Assembly: GCA_963699255.1 (NCBI GenBank)
Contig: OY969425.1
Span: 1,410,001 to 1,442,000, forward strand
DNA: 32,000 nucleotides
Source: an uncultured bacterium
Lineage (GTDB): Bacteria; Margulisbacteria; WOR-1; CAVSGV01
Direction of reading: 5' to 3'
Shown: positions 1 through 10,104 of the stretch, one piece after another
How the letters are laid out: the number at the start of each line of letters is the position of its first letter
How positions within the stretch are numbered: the first letter of the stretch is position 1
Translations under genes and position numbers: made by a program
Notes under the pieces: model-generated
Told to the model about the DNA's origin: nothing
Database searches by the model: none
Seen by the model: only the letters and a program-made list of their open reading frames with translations

Positions 1-1839
1 ACGGGGGTGATCCTGTCCATGTAGTTCGCCCACTTGATCGCGACCTTAAGAACTATGCTGGAGAGGATCATTTGCCCGGTCTGCGGCACCACAATGTTCA
101 CGGACAGCGACTGAATGATCTTTGTGAAATCCTGGTCAACGAATGACCCGCCGAGGATTTCACCGCCGTTGTCCTCTTGTGACCAGTCATAGTTCGCGGT
201 CCCATATGTGAACACTCTGTATACGGCGTGCGCGTCAATATCCGACTTGTGGGCGCTCTGGTCCGGTGTGCTTGTGACCTTTACGCTGTAATTCCCTGAG
301 AGGTCCAGGTTATCCATGGCTTTATAAGTAGTTCCAATGCTTGTCGTCTGACTTTGGGATATGGTGTCGACCGGGGTAATGGGATCGTCATTTTTATTTA
401 TGTAATCCTCCTGTCCGATACCTGTAGTTATGGACCAAACACTGATCGGCGACACAGTGAAATCGTAGTTCTGGTCAAATGTCCTTGTATCCGTTGAGAC
501 CTCAGAAGTTCCCACCGGACCCTTCATTAAGCTTGTGGCGAGATTATATTTCGTGGTCAGTTTGTAATTTGAGCCTGAAAGTGCCGTATGGTCGATCGAG
601 TATGTGTTCGCATTTCCTGAAGTCCTTACGCCGTTCTCCAGAAGAGAATCATCTATCGATCCCGACCAGCCGAGCGAGGTTGAAGAGTACGGGGTGAGCC
701 TGATATCAGCGGACGAGCGCTCGGTCTTCGGGTTTCCGAAAGCGGTCGTGACGGTCGGAGTTTCCTGGCGGTTATGATCTACGCTTGTGGTAAGTTGATC
801 AATGGGCACGAAGTCGGCGTGATAAGTTTCATTGACCGTAGATTGTGCCGCGCCTGATAGGAGATCATATGAATTTTGGCCTATTTTATTCCAATATGTG
901 TATAGTTTTTTAATGTTGCCAAAGGTCAGGTCCCAGTTTAAATTGGAACTTAGATCGTCGGTTTCTTGTCTTTGTACGGTTTTTCCTTGCGACCTGCTTC
1001 CAGCTTCGTATGATATTGTGCTCGCTTGGTTCACCTGGTAATCCAGTATCCATTTAACTCTCTTGGTGAAATTAAACGTGTCGCTGGTATGAAAATAATC
1101 TATTGTCGAATCCTGCGGAAGGACCTTATCCTCCGTGTCCGTGTAAGACAGGGTCTTACTTGCGTCATTCGAGTTGGAAAATCCGAATTCCCCCCAACTT
1201 AATGAATTGGGCACTACGCTAAGTGAATAAGCGAGCGACTTGGCGTCATTATTGTGTATCGCACCTTTCGAAAGCAGATCATCCATTGTATCGTATTCCC
1301 TTAGATTGAAATTAACCTGCGCCAATCCCAGAGTATTGAATCCGGTCGACAAGTTCGTGTCATAAGCATGCAGGAACTTATCGGGATAGTTGTTTATCGG
1401 AGTATTGGTCTCCTTCCGGTCGGCGGAGAACCAGAAACTCGACCAAAAACTCGGGAACGGCGTCATTTTTGTGTACGCATGCTTGTAATCGCTTCCCAGG
1501 GGAATGGAAGTGCCGCCCATAGGAGAGAAATCCGCGTCAACTTTCTTGTAATCGGCGGCAAACTCCAGGTTCGGAAGCGGTTTGATATCTCCGCCGAACT
1601 TATATGCGCTGCCTTGTTTTTCGGTTACCGAGGTCACTATCCCGGCGGAACTTTGATAATTGTAATCTATGGAGATAACATCAGCGGTTGCGGGGACTAT
1701 TATGAAAAAGGTCAGAACGCCGTATCCTCCGGAAGAGTTCGAGTCATAGAAGAATGAATATTGGTCGTCCCTGTTCAGCTTTTGTCCATTCATGTAGACC
1801 TGGTCACTTCCGTCTATGATCGTTCCGGGACTCTTTAAA
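1..1839 (-). CDS. Partial CDS running past position 1. It continues the giant secreted surface/outer-membrane-like protein and is beta-rich, with many Tyr/Thr/Ser/Asn. It is absent from the supplied ORF track because no stop codon lies inside the window.
   Basis: Hand translation of the minus strand from 1886 down to 3 gives an uninterrupted frame of about 628 codons, with in-frame ATGs at 1880 and 1793. The peptide ..[44 protein letters not shown].. repeats the roughly 60-aa module seen three times in the upstream 845-aa ORF. That module straddles the stop at 1840, so this is most likely the same gene in a shifted frame. Confidence 0.7.
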
Positions 1840-4377
1840 TTAAAAGTACTTGGATACGGCGTTGCCGTTGAACGTTTCATTTGTGCTCACGGTCGTATAT
1901 ACCTGATCGGTCCTTGACCTTGCGAACGATCCCCCGAGGTTCAGGTAATCCCCCACCTGCAAGGTGAAATCGGTCCCAACAACATCGTGCGATATGGGGC
2001 TGGTCGAAGCGCTTGTCTGGGGCACAAAATTAAAGATCACGGTGAAATTGATGTCTTTTAGGTAGAAAGTTTCACCGTCCACGACTATCGGATCATTGTT
2101 GAAGGTGATGCTCGGCGGATCCGAATAATTGATGGAATAATGCCCGTCATATACCCCGACACCGCTGTTCCTTGTCAACATCTTAATTATCGGGTTCGGG
2201 AGATCCTTCCTCCATATCTGCACTTGTTCCGCTCCGGGAACAAGGTTTCGGAAACCCCCAAGATAATAAGTCCTCGTACTGCTGATCCCTGAACCGGTGT
2301 ATCGGTCGGCAGACCATTTGCCGTAATTATAGCTGATATCGACTTCATCGGTCGCGGAAATGGGCCCAAGAAATTTAATTGTACCTGTCTTAAGTCCGTC
2401 GGACGTGTCCATGGGATCGGTCTTATACGCTAGCTTCGTGTCCGGAATGACGGTGACGGTACCGTTAGAAACCTCGACAGTTGGGAATACATAGTCCGTG
2501 CCGTACACCTGTACCACGTTGTCCTTCCTTACTTCAACCTCGCCCGTGCTGGTTACCGGCCTGTAGCTCAGGTATATCGTGCCATTGATTTTCGGATCTG
2601 GGTTTATTATATCGCTGCCGGATTTAGTGTCCGAGGCCGCAACACTTGGCGCCGTTTCTCCTCTTGAGCCGGATTCTTTTAAATAACTGACGCCGATATT
2701 CAGAGCCCGCGGCACGGCTGGAGCGGGAGGGGGAGGTGTTGTTATTGTGACAAGGTGTTTGTACTTGACCACGATGTTCGCTGTTTGGGGAATATCGGCA
2801 AAGAACGAGATCCTTCCAAGGTCATAGTCTATCTTGTAATCCAATTCCCTGAAATAAGGCGTGTTATTTACGTACACCGATTCGCTTTCTTCAACTATAT
2901 CCTTGAAAGAAAGAGAGTACGGGCCCTTTCCGGTGCCGTGCAGGGTCTCGGATTCCTCGGTAACCTCTATATACTGATACTCAACTATCAACGGCTCCGC
3001 GATGGTGGGGAGATTCGGACGGAGCAGTGAAATCGTCCCATCCTGATAGTTTATTATGTAATCTTCTAATCTTTTCAGCTGGGTTCCTGAGAAAGTTATC
3101 TTTTCGCTGTATGGGATTACGGGAATGTTTTTTAACCTGTAATTTCCGGTACTTTCCCATTCATATTCTTTGGATCCTGTTTCAGGGGTGACGATCATAT
3201 TTGCCGCTTCCGGAGATGCTGCAGGTCTTGTCGTAATTCCCTGCGTTTCAGGGGTGACGATCATATTTGCCGCTTCCGGAGATGCTGCAGGTCTTGTCGT
3301 AATTCCCTGCGTTTCAGGGGTGACGATCATATTTGCCGCTTCCGGAGATGCTGCAGGCTTTGTCGTAGCGCCCTGCGTTTCAGGGGTGACGATCATATTT
3401 GCCGCTTCCGGAGATGCTAAGAGCTTTGTCTGAATAGCCTCCGTTTCAGGGCTGACAAGCCCCAACGAAGGTGTTGGGGCAAGCCTTATGGTCACCTCAG
3501 GAGATGCACTAAGCCTTGTCGGAAAGATCTCTGTACTTTGTTTTATTGATTTTTCGGTTTTTTTTGCAGGCATACCGAGAAGTTCAGGATTAACCGTTAT
3601 GCTTGTTTGTAATCCGACGAAATCCCTTTTTGATACCGTTGGGAAGAACAGATCCATTAAGTTCGTGAATTCGTAAGAGTATTTAAATTCATCATATGGG
3701 GAGAGGATCCTGGAAAAAGTTATCTTACCGCTGAAGTAGTCTATGGTATAATCCGGTCCGCGGGTGAGCGGGACGTTATTCAACTCAACCTTTTCGGATC
3801 CCTCGATTATTGAGCCGTGGCCCAGATTATAAGGGCCTTTTGTGTTATTGCCGGTCTGAGATACAAGCGACTGCGTATCACTTTGCAGTTTTGAAGAAGG
3901 AACAAGAACGAGATCGTACCAGGTATCCTTTGATGTTATCATTACGCCGTTCAGATATTTAGAAGTCGAGACAAATTCGTTTTCGCCGAAGTTCGCCTGC
4001 AGGTCCCCGAAGGTCAAGTCCGTCTTGTCATATGTGACCTTTACGTCGAATTTGTCCGGCATGTCGGGTTGCTGTTCAAGGTCGTATGATACGGAGAGTT
4101 TTTCGGTCAACTTACCGATTATGTTCAGTTTCAGCCTTTCCTGCCACGGGCCGCCCGCGTAATATCCGCCCAGCAGCGCCTGTGCCGCGAATAAATTCTG
4201 TATCTCGTCAACATTAAGGCTTGTATATGAATATTGCTTATAGCCTGTAACGTCGACCTGGGGATAGGTATCAGCGGGAAACGCAGTTAAATTCAGAAAT
4301 AAGACAAACAATAGACATATGGACGCAAGAAGACCTGCGCGGAAGCTCAAATTACGCTTTAAATTTCTTTGCAGCAA
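1840..4377 (-). CDS. N-terminal 845 aa of a giant secreted repeat protein of unknown function. It has a signal peptide, repeated roughly 60-aa modules and a 22-aa tandem-repeat linker.
   Basis: N-terminus [35 protein letters not shown] has a charged n-region and a hydrophobic core. The module GPYxL..I(I/V)EGSExVxxNN..L.R..DYxIDY..GxIxF recurs three times. There are four [22 protein letters not shown] repeats. The start overlaps the fabF stop by 26 nt, so the exact start is uncertain. Confidence 0.8.
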   Translation of the reverse strand: MLQRNLKRNLSFRAGLLASICLLFVLFLNLTAFPADTYPQVDVTGYKQYSYTSLNVDEIQNLFAAQALLGGYYAGGPWQERLKLNIIGKLTEKLSVSYDLEQQPDMPDKFDVKVTYDKTDLTFGDLQANFGENEFVSTSKYLNGVMITSKDTWYDLVLVPSSKLQSDTQSLVSQTGNNTKGPYNLGHGSIIEGSEKVELNNVPLTRGPDYTIDYFSGKITFSRILSPYDEFKYSYEFTNLMDLFFPTVSKRDFVGLQTSITVNPELLGMPAKKTEKSIKQSTEIFPTRLSASPEVTIRLAPTPSLGLVSPETEAIQTKLLASPEAANMIVTPETQGATTKPAASPEAANMIVTPETQGITTRPAASPEAANMIVTPETQGITTRPAASPEAANMIVTPETGSKEYEWESTGNYRLKNIPVIPYSEKITFSGTQLKRLEDYIINYQDGTISLLRPNLPTIAEPLIVEYQYIEVTEESETLHGTGKGPYSLSFKDIVEESESVYVNNTPYFRELDYKIDYDLGRISFFADIPQTANIVVKYKHLVTITTPPPPAPAVPRALNIGVSYLKESGSRGETAPSVAASDTKSGSDIINPDPKINGTIYLSYRPVTSTGEVEVRKDNVVQVYGTDYVFPTVEVSNGTVTVIPDTKLAYKTDPMDTSDGLKTGTIKFLGPISATDEVDISYNYGKWSADRYTGSGISSTRTYYLGGFRNLVPGAEQVQIWRKDLPNPIIKMLTRNSGVGVYDGHYSINYSDPPSITFNNDPIVVDGETFYLKDINFTVIFNFVPQTSASTSPISHDVVGTDFTLQVGDYLNLGGSFARSRTDQVYTTVSTNETFNGNAVSKYF
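3181..3444. repeat. 66-bp tandem repeat inside the coding region, with 4 copies plus a degenerate fifth beginning at 3445. It encodes the 22-aa [16 protein letters not shown].. unit.
   Basis: ttcaggggtgacgatcat.. recurs at 3181, 3247, 3313 and 3379, an exact 66-nt period. Copies 1 and 2 are identical base for base. Copies 3 and 4 diverge only at their 3' ends. Confidence 0.95.
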
Positions 4378-5596
4378 TTACTGCGTTGTGCCCTCCAAAT
4401 CCGAACGAATTCGAGATCGCGGCGCGAATAAGCATTTTCCTTGCTTTTCCCGGCACATAATCCAGATCGCATTCCGGGTCAGGGTTTTCAAGGTTTATTG
4501 TCGGTGGTGCAATGTCATTTGCAAGCGAGAGCACGGTTGCGATGAACTCTACAGCTCCGGCGGCCCCAAGCATGTGTCCCATCATGGATTTATTCGAGCT
4601 TATCGCGATCTTTTTTGCTCGATCGCCGAAGCAAGTCTTGATAGCCATTGTCTCGTACTTATCATTAAGGTCAGTCGATGTTCCATGAGCATTGATATAA
4701 TCTATATCTTCCGGACTAAGTCCCGCGTCTTTTATCGCAAGAGCGATCGCTCTGGCGGCGCCTTCGCCTCCCGGGGCCGGCGCAGTTATATGGTGCGCAT
4801 CTCCCGACATGCCGTATCCGGCGACTTCGGCGTAGATATGCGCGCCTCTTTCCATTGCATGTTCAAGAGATTCCAGCACAACTATTCCCGAACCTTCTCC
4901 CATCACGAACCCATTTCTTTCCTTATCGAAGGGCCTGGAGGCGCGTTCCGGCTCGTTATTCCTTGTTGATAGAGCTCTTGCGGCGGCAAATCCGGCGACA
5001 CCAAGCGGGGTGATGGAAGCTTCTGCTCCACCGGCGAACATTATGTCGGCGTCTCCGCGTTCAATTATCCTGGCGGCATCGCCGATGCAATTTGTTCCTG
5101 TCGCACATGCGGTCACAACGCAACTGTTCGGTCCTTTTAGGCCAAGGAATATCGAGACCTGTCCGGCAGCCATGTTCGTTATCATCCACGGGACCATGAA
5201 AGGCGAACATTTATCGGGACCTTTTTCATTGATCGTTTTAGCTTGTTCCTCAAGGAAACCGATCCCTCCGATGCCCGAACCTATTAGAGTTCCGGCGCGC
5301 TCGGCGTTATCTGGAGTTATGGAAAGCTTCGCGTCGGCAAGAGCTATCTTTGCTGCAGCAATGGCGAATTGTATGAAGTGCACGATCCGCCTGGAGTCCT
5401 TTTTGTCCATATAGAGGGAGGGGTCAAAGTCCTTTACTTCCGCCGCTATCTGGCAGGAAAAATTGGTCGGGTCGAAATGGGTTATCCTCCCGACGCCTGA
5501 TTTTCCGGAGGTCAAGTTATTCCAGAAAGCGTCTTTTCCGGTCCCGATCGGAGTAACGCATCCAAGGCCTGTTACAACAACTCTCACCCTTTGCAT
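4352..5596 (-). CDS. fabF: 3-oxoacyl-ACP synthase II (KAS II)
   Basis: 414 aa. N-terminus [14 protein letters not shown], active-site Cys context VVTACATG, His motifs [11 protein letters not shown] and GHMLGAAG, C-terminus [10 protein letters not shown]. Confidence 0.95.
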   Translation of the reverse strand: MQRVRVVVTGLGCVTPIGTGKDAFWNNLTSGKSGVGRITHFDPTNFSCQIAAEVKDFDPSLYMDKKDSRRIVHFIQFAIAAAKIALADAKLSITPDNAERAGTLIGSGIGGIGFLEEQAKTINEKGPDKCSPFMVPWMITNMAAGQVSIFLGLKGPNSCVVTACATGTNCIGDAARIIERGDADIMFAGGAEASITPLGVAGFAAARALSTRNNEPERASRPFDKERNGFVMGEGSGIVVLESLEHAMERGAHIYAEVAGYGMSGDAHHITAPAPGGEGAARAIALAIKDAGLSPEDIDYINAHGTSTDLNDKYETMAIKTCFGDRAKKIAISSNKSMMGHMLGAAGAVEFIATVLSLANDIAPPTINLENPDPECDLDYVPGKARKMLIRAAISNSFGFGGHNAVIAAKKFKA

Positions 5597-6543
5597 TCTT
5601 CAACCTCTTTCACCAGTTCGTTAAGTACATCAACAGCAGGACGTATCCTTTTATCCTTTATTTTCCAGACATGGTCGCCGGTGAAAACAATGCCTTCGTC
5701 AACATTGCCCTGTTGTGCGTTGATGAGGGCTTGAATGATACAGTATTTAAGCGAACATTTTTTCAGGCAGTAATCACAACCGATCGGTTTCGGAGCTGTC
5801 CCGTCAAGGATCTTTTTAACGAATTTTGTTTTTATCGCCCTCCCTGGCATTCCGACGGGACTTGATATTATCGCGATGTCCTCTTTTTTCGCGTTTTGAT
5901 AAACCTTTTTGTATTCCGGAGCCGCGGCGCATTCATTGGTCAGGACGAACCTGGTCGCGATCTGCACGCCGTTCGCTCCAAGCTTGAACATCTTCACTAT
6001 GTCGCAGCCGTCCGTTATTCCGCCAGCCGCTATGACCGGAAGGTCGGTAACGGCCCTTACCTCGGGGAGGATCAATTCGATGGACCTGTCCGTTCCCAGG
6101 TGGCCGCCCGCCTCAGTCCCTTCCACAACAATAGCTGCGGCACCGCATTTCGTTGCTGTCTTTGCCAGTTTAGCGGAGGAAACTATCGGCAGTATGGGAG
6201 TGTTCGATTCTTTTCCTATCTTAAAAATATCCCTGGAGAACCCGGCGCCGGTAGTTATAAAGCTGATCTTCTCGCTTATTGCCGTGTTCACCGCGCCAAG
6301 GAATTCCCTTGCGGCGAACATGATGTTTATCCCGACCAGGCCGCCTTTCGCGATCTCCTTTGCCTTTCTTATTTCGATCCTCAGTTCGGCAAGGTCCATT
6401 CCGGAAGCGCCGATCACGCCTACAGCGCCGGCGGCAGCAACGGTTCCTGCAAGAAGACCGGTCGAAATTTTCACTGCCATGCCGCCCTGCACTATCGGTA
6501 TTTTCGCTACAAGATCCCCAATTTTAAGCTCAGGAAGCTTCAA
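5584..6543 (-). CDS. fabK: Enoyl-ACP reductase II, FabK / nitronate monooxygenase family (FMN-dependent)
   Basis: Motifs PIVQGGMA and AAGGITDG, and position between acpP and fabF. The track ORF starts at 6627. I prefer the TTG at 6543, which follows a GGAGG Shine-Dalgarno (plus-strand cctcc at 6551-6555) and gives about 320 aa, the usual FabK size. Confidence 0.85.
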   Translation of the reverse strand: MKLPELKIGDLVAKIPIVQGGMAVKISTGLLAGTVAAAGAVGVIGASGMDLAELRIEIRKAKEIAKGGLVGINIMFAAREFLGAVNTAISEKISFITTGAGFSRDIFKIGKESNTPILPIVSSAKLAKTATKCGAAAIVVEGTEAGGHLGTDRSIELILPEVRAVTDLPVIAAGGITDGCDIVKMFKLGANGVQIATRFVLTNECAAAPEYKKVYQNAKKEDIAIISSPVGMPGRAIKTKFVKKILDGTAPKPIGCDYCLKKCSLKYCIIQALINAQQGNVDEGIVFTGDHVWKIKDKRIRPAVDVLNELVKEVEECKG

Positions 6544-6660
6544 ACTTTTTCCTCCCACTGAATATTGATAATCAAAACCACACCAATAACCTACGATACA
6601 AAAAACCTCATTTATCTTATCTGCCATCTCTCCCGATCAGATCGGGGGATCCGGCGGAGA

Positions 6661-6906
6661 TTACTTTTTCGAGTGAGATAAAATATAGTTTACTGTATCG
6701 CCTACTGTCTTTATCTTTTCCGCTTCTTCATCCGGGATCTCTATACTGAAAGCTTCTTCAAGCGCCATGACCAGCTCCACCGTGTCCAGAGAGTCGGCGC
6801 CGAGGTCATCAACGAAAGAAGCCTCCCTTTTCACTTCGCCTTCCGAAACTCCAAGCTGGTCAACAACGACTTTCTTTACCTGATCGAAAATTTTTGCCTC
6901 ATCCAT
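6661..6906 (-). CDS. acpP: Acyl carrier protein
   Basis: 81 aa with the phosphopantetheine attachment motif [13 protein letters not shown]. Confidence 0.97.
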   Translation of the reverse strand: MDEAKIFDQVKKVVVDQLGVSEGEVKREASFVDDLGADSLDTVELVMALEEAFSIEIPDEEAEKIKTVGDTVNYILSHSKK

Positions 6907-6928
6907 TTACGTTTTTCACCCCCTTTTT

Positions 6929-7040
6929 CAATTACACAATTAACAATTAGACAATGACCAATGAAAGTGTGCTTCGCACATTTTTAATAATAATATTATT
7001 ATCCTTAATTGTTCATTGTGTCATTATTCATTGTTCATTG
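6929..7040. repeat. Intergenic array (fabG to acpP). Five direct CAAT(T/G)A units at 7-8 nt period face five inverted T(N)ATTG units across a central hairpin and an AT palindrome.
   Basis: Left arm reads caattaca caattaa caattaga caatgac caatgaa. The centre has gtgtgc-ttc-gcacat and aataatattatt. Right arm reads ttaattg ttcattg tgtcatta ttcattg ttcattg. Confidence 0.6.
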
Positions 7041-7042
7041 CC

Positions 7043-7779
7043 CTACATGTACATCCCGCCGTTCACATTAATGACCTGGCCGGTTATATAATCCGCGTCC
7101 GTGCACAGGAACACAACAGCTTTCGCTATATCATCCGGCGTCCCCAGTCTTGTCAGGGGATCTGCTCGCTTAAACGCTTTTTCACATCGTCAGATAGCTT
7201 TTGCGTCATAGCCGTGTCGATAAAACCGGGAGCTATGGCATTGCACGTGATCCCTCTTGATGCAAGCTCCTTAGCAGCGGTTTTAGTCAAACCTATCGCT
7301 CCGGCTTTTGCCGCCGAATAATTCGCCTGTCCGAAATTTCCCATTTCACCAACTATCGATGCTATGTTCACTATTCTACCCCATCTGTTTTTCATCATCA
7401 AGGGAGCTACGGCTTTTGTGCAAAGGAACATCGATCTCAGGTTCACCGAAAGCACCGCATCCCACTCCTCGTCTTTCATCCTTATCAAAAGATTATCCTT
7501 GGTAATTCCGGCATTATTGATGAGAATGTCGATCTTACCGAACGTTTTCACGGCTTCATCTATCGTTGATTTCACGCTCTCGGCATCCGCTACGTTGGTT
7601 TTTGTCGCGATAGCCTTCACTCCCAGCTTTGCTATTTCATCGGCCGTTGTCTTTGCGGCATCTATGTTGATGTCGGAAATGATCAAATCCGCGCCTTCTC
7701 TAGCAAGGGACTCGGCAATGGCTTTGCCTATACCCTGAGCTGACCCGGTCACTAAAGCAACGCGTCCTTTTAACTTCAT
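7043..7779 (-). CDS. fabG: 3-oxoacyl-ACP reductase FabG, interrupted by a one-base frame break at the G4 run 7156-7159. The track ORF 7153-7779 is truncated.
   Basis: [16 protein letters not shown] and YSAAKAG (YxxxK) lie in the 208-aa ORF. The canonical C-terminus [37 protein letters not shown]-stop is readable at 7043-7156 in the adjacent frame. One extra C in ATCCCCTGA restores a 245-aa protein. Confidence 0.9.
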
Positions 7780-7793
7780 ATTATTACCCTCCT

Positions 7794-8744
7794 TTAAACC
7801 TCGGGATGAGGATGCCAGCTCCCCAGGAATTCTCCCAGAGTCGCGGCATCGGATACATTATATATCTTCGATTTAGGATTTATCTTCTTTATGAGCCCCG
7901 TCAGCACCTTTCCGGGACCGACCTCAAGAAAAGTGTCAAAACCGTCGCTTACCAATTTGTTTATTGAATTCTCCCAGAGAACAGGGGAGGTCATCTGTTT
8001 CACGAGAAGCTCTTTTATGACAGCCGCGCTTGTAACATAATCCGCTGTAACATTTGAAACCACCGGTATCGAGGCGTCTTTTATGTTTATCCTGTTAAGT
8101 TCCTCCGCGAGCTTATCCGCTGCGGGTTCCATCAAACTCGAGTGGAACGGCGCGCTGACCTGAAGTTCGATCACTCTTTTTGCGCCGGCCTGTTTGCATA
8201 ACACGGAGGCTTCGGCAACTCCCGCCACTTTCCCGGATATAACGGTCTGTCCGGGGCTGTTGATGTTCGCCGCTTCGACCGTTCCTTTGGCGGAGGCTTT
8301 CGCGCATATATCTTTTACGATGCCGTGATCAAGCCCGAGTATCGCCGCCATGGTGCCTTCTCCAACGGGCACCGCTGTCTGCATGAACTTTCCGCGTAAA
8401 TTGACAAGTTTAACGGCATCCTTAAAGCTGAGCGAGCCCGCCGAATATAACGCGGTATATTCACCGAGGCTGTGCCCCGCGGCCGCTTCAACGTTTATCT
8501 TACCGAACGATCTTAATGCTTCAAGGCACATCGCGGAAACGGTCAGTATCGCAGGCTGTGTGATCTCCGTTCTTTTAAGTTCCTCTTCCGGCCCTTCGAA
8601 ACACAGCTTTGACAGGTCAAAACCGAGGGCTCCGTTGGCCTCATCGAGCAATTTTTTTGTGTAACTGAATTTTACGGAAAGGTCTTTTCCCATCCCGACA
8701 TACTGGGAACCCTGTCCTGGAAATACAAATGCAACTTTGCCCAA
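7794..8744 (-). CDS. fabD: Malonyl-CoA:ACP transacylase
   Basis: Motifs FPGQGSQ and GHSLGEY. The track start is 8777. I prefer the TTG at 8744, which follows AGGAG (plus-strand ctcct at 8751-8755) and gives (M)GKVAFVFPGQGSQ. Confidence 0.9.
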   Translation of the reverse strand: MGKVAFVFPGQGSQYVGMGKDLSVKFSYTKKLLDEANGALGFDLSKLCFEGPEEELKRTEITQPAILTVSAMCLEALRSFGKINVEAAAGHSLGEYTALYSAGSLSFKDAVKLVNLRGKFMQTAVPVGEGTMAAILGLDHGIVKDICAKASAKGTVEAANINSPGQTVISGKVAGVAEASVLCKQAGAKRVIELQVSAPFHSSLMEPAADKLAEELNRINIKDASIPVVSNVTADYVTSAAVIKELLVKQMTSPVLWENSINKLVSDGFDTFLEVGPGKVLTGLIKKINPKSKIYNVSDAATLGEFLGSWHPHPEV

Positions 8745-8770
8745 ATTATTCTCCTTTGAATTAATCCTAA

Positions 8771-8906
8771 TAACCAATTACCAAGCACCAAGTACCAAAT
8801 AATATCCAATCAACAAAACCCAAAAATCCCAAACCGTTTTATATATTGGTTATTGGATTTTGATATATGTTTGGAAACTTGGAATTTGGTTATTGATCAT
8901 TGATTG
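8771..8906. repeat. Intergenic array (etfA to fabD). CCAA-core short repeats on the left face TTGG-core repeats on the right, forming a long imperfect inverted repeat.
   Basis: Left arm reads ccaatta ccaagca ccaagta ccaaat.. ccaatc.. cccaaaaat cccaaaccg. Right arm reads ttggtta ttgga.. ttggaaac ttggaat ttggttattgatcattgattg. The outer 9 bp aataaccaa/ttggttatt are complementary. Confidence 0.6.
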
Positions 8907-10103
8907 TTATCCTCTGACCTCTTTCAGCTTCCTTGTCAGCTTCGGAACGATCTCGAACAGATCGGCCACGATGCCGTAAGTCGCGACCTTGAATATCGGC
9001 GCGTCAGGGTCCTTATTGATGGCGACGATTATGTCGGACGAACCCATGCCGGCGAGGTGCTGTATTGCGCCGGATATCCCGACGGCTATGTAAAGTTTCG
9101 GGCACACCGTCTTTCCGGTCTGGCCGACCTGATGGTGGGAAGATATCCATCCCGCGTCAACGGTCGCGCGCGAAGCCCCGACCGCTCCGCCGATCACTTC
9201 CGCGAGTTCTTCAACAAGCTTAAAATTCTCCGCCGCCTGAAGCCCTCTTCCTCCGGAAACGATTATTTCGGCTTCGGCGAGGTTCACTTTTACCGTTGTG
9301 TCCTTGATTATATCGACGATCCTGACGAGAAGATCGTTCTGGTCGATCTTTGGAGCAACCTTGATTATTTGTCCTTTTCTTGAATGGTCCGGCGTGGCGC
9401 GCTTGAAGACCTTCGGCCTTACGGTGGACATCTGTGGCCTGTGGTTCTTGCATATGATGGTCGCCATGATGTTGCCGCCGAACGCGGGACGCGTCTGCTG
9501 AAGGAGTTTGGTTTCTTTGTCTATGGCGAGCCCGGTGCAGTCGGCGGTGAGGCCGGCGTTGATGCGCGCGGCAACTCTTGAAGCAAGGTCCCTTCCGGTG
9601 GTCGTTGCGCCGAAGAGCACTATCTCCGGCTTGTACTGCCTTATCATGTCAGAGATGATCGTTGAATAGGGGAGGGTTAGATAATTTTTAAGCTCCGGAG
9701 CCATTGCCACATATACTTTATCCGCTCCGCACTCGATCAGCTCTTTGGTCTCCGCTTCGACGTGCGCGTCGCCAAGAAGCAGAGCACACAATTCAACCCC
9801 CAGATCTTTCGCGAGCTTTCTGCCTTCACCGAGAAGCTCAAGGACCACGGGATGAACTTTACCCTCCTGCTGTTCAGCGACTACCCAAATGCCTTTGTAG
9901 AGGCCCTTGTCCACAACTTTTACGTCTTCTTTTGTTATCTCGATCGCTTTAAATTTGCATGAAGAGGGGCATGCTCCGCACAGCGTGCATTTGTCCAGGT
10001 CAATAATCGCCTTTCTGTTCTCTACTTTAATGGCCCCGACAGGACATGCCGGAACGCATAATTTGCAACCGATGCATTTTTCGTTGATCACTCTTATGCC
10101 CAT
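8907..10103 (-). CDS. etfA: Electron transfer flavoprotein alpha subunit with an N-terminal 2x[4Fe-4S] ferredoxin domain
   Basis: The first 60 aa carry [12 protein letters not shown] and [11 protein letters not shown] (CX2CX2CX3C twice). The C-terminal ETF-alpha FAD region reads [34 protein letters not shown]. Confidence 0.9.
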   Translation of the reverse strand: MGIRVINEKCIGCKLCVPACPVGAIKVENRKAIIDLDKCTLCGACPSSCKFKAIEITKEDVKVVDKGLYKGIWVVAEQQEGKVHPVVLELLGEGRKLAKDLGVELCALLLGDAHVEAETKELIECGADKVYVAMAPELKNYLTLPYSTIISDMIRQYKPEIVLFGATTTGRDLASRVAARINAGLTADCTGLAIDKETKLLQQTRPAFGGNIMATIICKNHRPQMSTVRPKVFKRATPDHSRKGQIIKVAPKIDQNDLLVRIVDIIKDTTVKVNLAEAEIIVSGGRGLQAAENFKLVEELAEVIGGAVGASRATVDAGWISSHHQVGQTGKTVCPKLYIAVGISGAIQHLAGMGSSDIIVAINKDPDAPIFKVATYGIVADLFEIVPKLTRKLKEVRG

Positions 10104-10104
10104 T

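Noticed and set aside
3181-3444. Possible CRISPR-like or non-coding satellite (66-bp period)
   Set aside because: It lies fully inside a long ORF, keeps the reading frame (22 codons per unit) and encodes a coherent peptide repeat.
4319-4969. 216-aa plus-strand ORF
   Set aside because: It is antisense to fabF, whose motifs are unambiguous. It is Arg/Ser/Cys-rich shadow sequence with no recognisable motif.
5896-6568. Two overlapping plus-strand ORFs of 221 and 219 aa
   Set aside because: Both are antisense shadows of fabK. They have low-complexity Ala/Ser/Pro/Arg composition and no start-site signals.
6544-6627. N-terminal 28-residue extension of fabK from the ATG at 6627
   Set aside because: The extension (MADKINEVFCIVGYWCGFDYQYSVGGKS) is not FabK-like. 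A GGAGG plus TTG start at 6543 gives the canonical length. The longer form cannot be fully excluded.
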